From positions 21,548,196 to 21,591,091 of the forward strand of contig NC_068993.1 in NCBI RefSeq assembly GCF_001194135.2: a stretch of DNA of 42,896 nucleotides, in the 5' to 3' direction. The notes beneath the pieces are model-generated. The model was not told the DNA's origin. It saw only the letters and a list, made by a program, of their open reading frames with translations, and ran no database searches. Position numbers and translations under genes: made by a program. Within the stretch, counting starts at the first letter, position 1. Each line of letters starts with the position of its first letter. The stretch is from Octopus bimaculoides. Lineage: Eukaryota. Shown in pieces: positions 37,037 to 42,896 of the stretch.

Positions 37037-37790
37037 TATGATGGGGTACCCAAAATTAACCGGAAACGTTCTTTGTGGGACACGCCAGTTGCAATTCAGG
37101 CTTCCACCGTTACTAGCCCCCTGATGAGACTCTCAGACATTAGTCTGGCAAATGGCATCGTCGCGTGAGGTTGTATGGCCACGGGCCTCTCCCCTTTGCG
37201 ATGTCTGAAACAAAGAAACAACATACTTCCCTGACATTCTGTTTTCTGCTGTGGAACACGGTGGCCGAAACAGTTCTCATGCTTCAAACAGCTTACAAGT
37301 ACTCTGCCATGAACTAATCACAAGTTTACTAGTAGTTTTCAGACTTTAGTAATGTTCACTTGTCGCTTGAAGATCAGCCTTGTGCAGAGTGACCGGCGCG
37401 CTCCCAAACGAATGGAACTATCACGAAAATTCATGAACTGATGTTGGAGGACCGTCACCGAACAATTGACGAACTTATTGGTATGACTGCTGTATCCTGG
37501 AGGAATTTCGAATGAAAAGAGTTGCCGCAAAATTTATGCCTCGCTTGCTCACGGAAGTACTCACCACTGAATGCGTGTCGTGGACTGAAAGAACAGTTGG
37601 AATTTGATCCGAACCTTTTTTCCGAAGGTCATCACAAGTGACGAAAGCTGGTGCTACAGATACCACTCGGAAACAGTAATCAAGTCAATGGAAGCATTCA
37701 AAGTCACCACGCTGCCCACCTACCAAAGCGCGTCAAGTGAAGCCCAGTGTCGAGACGAGACTGATCTATTTCACAGAACGGTGATAAAAT
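37037..37790 (+). mobile_element. Mariner-family transposon remnant, 3'-truncated
   Basis: TIR-like start (ta)tgatggggtacccaaaattaaccggaa; KIHELMLEDRHRTIDEL; KRVAAKFMPRLLT; KVITSDESWCYRYHSET (first catalytic D). Confidence 0.85.
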
Positions 37791-38766
37791 ATCTTACAAA
37801 CGTGAGCATCCAGTTTTTTTTCTAATATCACAATTGTCGAGTTTAGAAAATGTTGACTGGTTTTCCAGTAGATTAACTGACCGCTTGCAGATGTCCTTTT
37901 TGGTAACATTTACTTTATTATAATAGAGCAAAGGAAGAAATTAACTTATGTTGATTAAAATGATATTATATTTTCTTGATGGATAGGGTTGGCACTGTTT
38001 TGGCTTCACAAAATAAGGAATTCATCTAATTTGGTTCCACATACAATTTTTATTTTGTTGTGCGTATAAGTATGTTTTTTAATTATATCATTTATTTAGA
38101 ATAGCATATACATTTTGATATATTTCAATCAACATGATTTTATATACATTTTTGAGATATTTAAACATAGAAATTTTAACATAATTGCACTCTACAACAA
38201 AGTATTTTTCCAGACGCATCGCTAATCACATCATCCTTTGAGTATCAAGCATTTGAATTCGGAGGTCAGCATCGTTGTGTGGTTACAAAATATGCTGGTG
38301 TACTTTTGTGATTAAGAAGCTAGGTTTGCAACTGTGTCGTTTACAGTTCCGCCTCACACTGAAGCGTCTTCAAACCAAAATATCTGATGCCGTGGTCTCG
38401 AATGGACCACGGCTTGCCGAGTGATATTTGGTTAGTGGAAACTTTATGAAAGCTAGTCGGATAATCCATACTTGTTTTGGGGTGAAATATTTAATTATCC
38501 ATCGCGCTTTTAAGACCATTATTAGACCGTCAGATACATTTAGCAATGTATACTCTTCTGAGCCAGTCGGCTAGTGTTCCGCTCTGCAGATAAGCTCCTC
38601 CGCATGCCAATTAGTATGCGGGGCCTTGAAAAACAATATGAGAGCGTCCACTTATACTGTGAATAATCTATGAACCAATTTGCAACCTTCATTCCAGGAT
38701 ATTGCCATGCTGTCCAATACTAGTTTCTTGTGACATTTCTAATTATCAATATATTATACTGTTTTG

Positions 38767-38960
38767 AGGCGACGAGCCGTCAGAATCGTTAGCAAACTGG
38801 GCAAGATATTTAGCGGCGTTTCATCCGTCTTTACGTTCTGAGATAAAATTCTGCAGAAGTGGTTTTTGCTTGTTATCATTAGGTGTCGATAAAATAAGTA
38901 CCATTTGAACACTGGGTCGATGTAATGGACCTATCCCCTCTGCCATAATTGCTGGCATTA
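38767..38960 (+). mobile_element. SINE family 2
   Basis: ggcgacgagccgtcagaatcgttagc..tttacgttctgag..gtcgataaaataagtacc. Confidence 0.75.
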
Positions 38961-39221
38961 TGCCAGTTCATATTATTACATATGGGCAGTTGGTTCCTCG
39001 TAATGTGAAAGTACTACACCTATCATTACTTCTACAAGTTATATTAGAATTCCTGTTTCCATCTTATTGTTGCTAGTGTTCTGGTTGATATCAACGATCG
39101 TTATCATACCAAATTTGCTGCTGCTGCTAAAATTGTTCCTTGTCGTAGTATTATATTTCGGTCAAAATCAAAGAAGGAATAAAGACCGAATATAGACGAT
39201 CCATATCTTTGTTAGAAAATT

Positions 39222-39410
39222 GGCAGCGAGCAGGCAGAACCGTTTGTGCGCCGGGCAAAATGCTTAATGGCATGACGTCTAAGTTCAAATTCCGCCAATG
39301 TTGACAGTACTTTTCATCCCTTCGGGAATTTATAAAACTACCAGTTGAGCACTGGAGTCGACAAGCCCCCGCCTACCAAGTTTCAGACCTTATGCCTAAA
39401 GTAGAGAGAA
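39222..39410 (+). mobile_element. SINE family 2
   Basis: ggcagcgagcaggcagaaccgtttgtgcgccgggcaaaatgc..aagttcaaattccgcc..ctaccagttgagcactggagtcga. Confidence 0.75.
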
Positions 39411-40308
39411 TATTCTTTTGTGTCTGGGGAGAGAATATTATTGTTAGCAATAACCCATTACAGTAGAGCTATTTGTATAAAATGACATTAAAACAACGTG
39501 TTTCTAATATTTCTACTAATTCTCCTAACAGGAAAGCGTATTCAACGTTAAAAACAACAAGTCTTAGAGTGCACCTCCTCTCCAAAGAAGAAAATTAAAA
39601 AAATTAACACTAACATGCAGACAGTCAAAGCGAGGAATATAAATGACATACTATTCGAAACTTCTACTGCGACTGTATAAAACAGCCGAGAAGAGTAAGC
39701 CATCAGTAGAATTCAAATACGCATACAATTTTCCAGTCCTATTGATTCTCGGGAATGTGTGGCAGAGAGAATGAAGAGCTATTTATTTCTCTTTAGATTT
39801 TCTTGCATGAGTTGCACATTTTATTAAGACTATCAAACTATCAATGCGAAGAATGTTAAGATAACTATCGATCACGCATCAAATACAAAAATATCTAAAG
39901 ACCTGAGAGAATCAATGTCGAAAGTAATGTTCCAATAAGTTTTTTTTAAATTTATATATTTTTAATAATGTCTGGCAAAGTATTACTGCTGATCTGTTGG
40001 ACTCGCAGTTAGACATGATTCTGTGGTATATTCTGCACAACTGAAAGGTTAAATTGCATAAACATTTCCTATGACTTTTGTTTGTATTTTGAATAAATAA
40101 ATTTCATTATATTAATATATTTTTTAAAGTTTATTTTTGAATCATGATCATACTCATGATAATTAGCGCCATCAATGTAATCCGTATTCTAATGTAGAAT
40201 GTTCTCCGTATCATCATCATCATCATCATTATCGCCATTGTCGTCTGCTATTTTTTTTAGTTTTCTTTTTCTATCTTCACAACAGTAGCTGCAGTTACAA
40301 TAACAATA

Positions 40309-40505
40309 TGGTTTCAAGTTCTGGAATGAGCCCAGCAATATCAAGTAGGAGGTAAGTTGATTGCATCGACCCCAGTGTTCAACTAGGATTTATTTTATCG
40401 ACACCGAAAGGAAGGGAGGTGTAGTCGACCTGGGCCGAATTTGAACGCAGAACGTAAGGCCGGACAAAATAACGCCATACATTTTGCCCGGCGAGCTGAC
40501 TGACA
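40309..40505 (-). mobile_element. SINE family 2, antisense
   Basis: tcgaccccagtgttcaac..ttatcgacaccgaaagg..ccgaatttgaacgcagaacgtaa is the reverse complement of the family 2 body. Confidence 0.8.
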
Positions 40506-40515
40506 ATTACAATAA

Positions 40516-40551
<36 letters not shown>

Positions 40552-40737
40552 CAACAGCAACAGCAACAGCAGCAGCAGCATCAGCAGTAGTAGTAGAAGT
40601 AGTAGTAGTAGTTGTAGTAGTAGTAGTAGTAGTAGTAATAGTAGCAGCAGCAGTAGTAGTAGTAGTAATAGTAGCAGCAGCAGCAGCAGTAGTATTAAGA
40701 GTAGTAGTAGTAGCAGCAGCAGCAGTAGCATCATCAT

Positions 40738-40797
<60 letters not shown>

Positions 40798-40808
40798 TAG
40801 TAGTAGTA
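40516..40808. repeat. Compound trinucleotide microsatellite (AGT/AGC/ATC blocks)
   Basis: In-register runs of agt, agc, aac and atc. Confidence 0.95.
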
Positions 40809-41227
40809 ATCTAAATAAACATTAACATATACTGTACCTAAGTCACGAATTCAATATTAAAACCATGACTATCAATCTACTTTCCTCAAAATATCATGGC
40901 TCAAAGAATGAGACGACACTACGCCATAATTTAGTTTCCTTCCTCTTTGTATAGACTTCTTCCGGATGTATTGATGTCGGATAAATTAATATTTTGGATG
41001 GAAATTTAAGAATATATTTAATTATAAAACCGAATATTTGAATGCCCAAGGTCATTGGGAAGTGGCGGCAAAAATTAAATTTGTGCATTGCTGAATGAAA
41101 ACTAATAATGAAACAGCTGGGCCTGACTTAATTCTAAACTCGTTAAACTCTGAAAATGTAGAAAGGAAAGAAAAGTTATACTAAGATCACAGTTGACAAC
41201 ATGTTTTAATATACATAAAACAATATT

Positions 41228-41606
41228 GTTGTTGGCACTCCGTCGCTTACGACGTCGAGGGTTCCAGTTGATCCGACCAACGGAACAGCCTGCTCGTGAA
41301 ATTAACGTGCAAGTGGCTGAGCACTCCACAGACACGTGTACCCTTAACGTGGTTCTCGGGGATATTCAGCGTGATACAGTGTGACAAGACTGGCCCTTTC
41401 AAATACAGGTACAACAGAAACAGGATGAAAGAGAGCAAGTTGTTGTGAAAGAGTACAGCAGGGTTCGCCACCATCCCCTGCTGGAGCCGCATGGAGCTTC
41501 AGGTGTTTTCGCTCAATAAACACTCACAATGCCAGGTCTGGGAATCGAAACCGTGATCCTACGACCGCGATTCCACTGCCCTAACCACTGGGCCATTGCG
41601 CCTCCA
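41228..41606 (-). mobile_element. tRNA-derived SINE, well preserved
   Basis: Minus-strand head GGAGGCGCAATGGCCCAGTGGTTAGGGCAGTGGAATCGCGGTCGTAGGATCACGGTTTCGATTCCCAGACC with A- and B-boxes, followed by a ~300-bp unique body. Confidence 0.8.
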
Positions 41607-42896
41607 AAACAATACAATATACATAACAAAAAAAAACAATCACAATGTTGTACCTCCATAATGGCAGATGAAACTGGCGGTACTGCATCTAACATCTGAT
41701 ATCGCAGTGCAGCATATCTTACTGTAAAATTACTTTATACCGCCTTCCAATAACATCTCCCAATTATTTCCCTGTGTATGTATATAAGAATTCGTCCAAT
41801 TATCCTAACTCGCAAACTGCACACTTTACGCCTTTTAACCAATCAATCAATATGTGTGTGCGTCTCTGTGTATGTATGTATGTGTGTGTGTGTGTGTGCG
41901 CGTCTGTGAGTGTCTCCTTGTGTCTCTGTGTGTGTGTGTGGTAATGTATGTGTGCGTGCGTATGTGTGCGTGCGTGCACGTGCGTGTGCGTACACGTGAG
42001 TGTGTGTTTTGAAGAAGAATATTTCGAGTGAGACACCGAAAACAATAAACCAATATTTCCTACTTCACATAACTCATTGCATATCCAAAATCCAATCGAG
42101 TGTTAAATATTATGTTTCCTCCAGTTTTCTTTTGGTATGATATACATTTGAATAATTTACCGAATGTTATATCCGAGAGTAAAATGCAAAAACAGTGTCA
42201 ATTTCAATTCTTTATTATAACACCAAAAATATATAACCTTTACACGTATTTCACTAGTGAACGAACACAAACATGTTCTGTGGTATTCGTTACGTGGAAG
42301 TTTGCATAAAACTGAAGGACCTAATTTTCTGAAGGAAATAGCAATATACATATAATTATGTATTAGTCAGGGACAACCACAAAAAAAAAACATTGAATTC
42401 ACACTACACGGCATGATTTCAATTCACAGTCACATGTAGTACGCTTATTTCACTTCCGTCTCGCTCCATACGATATTCTAATACACCCAACCATGGACAT
42501 AAACTGGGAGGAACAAAACATGCATTAGTTAAAATTGCATATGAAAACCGCATTGAAGTGGAGTTGATTGTCCCATTCTGATCGAATGATTGGGAAAATA
42601 TGCAGAGAAAACACATATAGTGATATCAGAAGTCATAACATGCGGTGAAATACTGACATTTAATACCCCCCCCCCACACACACACAGACAATAAGCATTT
42701 ATTATTCCTGTCTGCAACTGAAGCTCTAGATGGAATCTGGAATGAGTCGCTATCAAAGATTCCCAAATGAAGAATATTGTCACCGTTTAATATGATAAAT
42801 AACCGTAATCCTGTACGTGTATATGAGCATGCAAAGGCGCAGTCAAATGCGAGCTTGCATATAAATATGTATGCATGTATGCATGTATGTATATAT

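Noticed and set aside
40484-40825. Poly-Ser and poly-Leu ORFs as genes
   Set aside because: Pure trinucleotide repeat with no splice or start context.
41540-41606. tRNA gene
   Set aside because: A/B boxes are present, but the sequence continues into a SINE body without a proper acceptor stem; it is a SINE head (likewise at 36216).
42419-42783. Overlapping minus-strand ORFs near the window end
   Set aside because: No recognisable motif or convincing splice-site pair.

Overview
AT-rich animal genomic DNA from a gappy short-read assembly. There are 11 N-runs, each flanked on at least one side by (TA)n/(CA)n microsatellites. The repeat content is what I recognise from octopus genomes (inference). 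Most of the window is intron-like DNA packed with decayed transposons: two Tc1 and two mariner remnants, a CR1-like and an RTE-like LINE, three Penelope-like elements (PLEs), many SINEs, a fold-back MITE and microsatellites. Most ORFs in the supplied track are microsatellite or N artefacts. Scattered small exons with good splice sites and compatible phases suggest an unidentified + strand gene, and a possible - strand first exon lies at about 2.74-2.89 kb. The most unusual observation is at 5040-5108 (-), in the 3' region of a truncated PLE. It contains a complete hammerhead ribozyme core with three stems abutting the core, but the strands occur in reversed order (III'-UH-I, II'-GAAA-III, I'-CUGAUGA-II). 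This matches none of the type I/II/III topologies. Also notable are ~250-bp inverted repeats bracketing one PLE, and another PLE apparently split by a 2.27-kb segment carrying three host-like exons.
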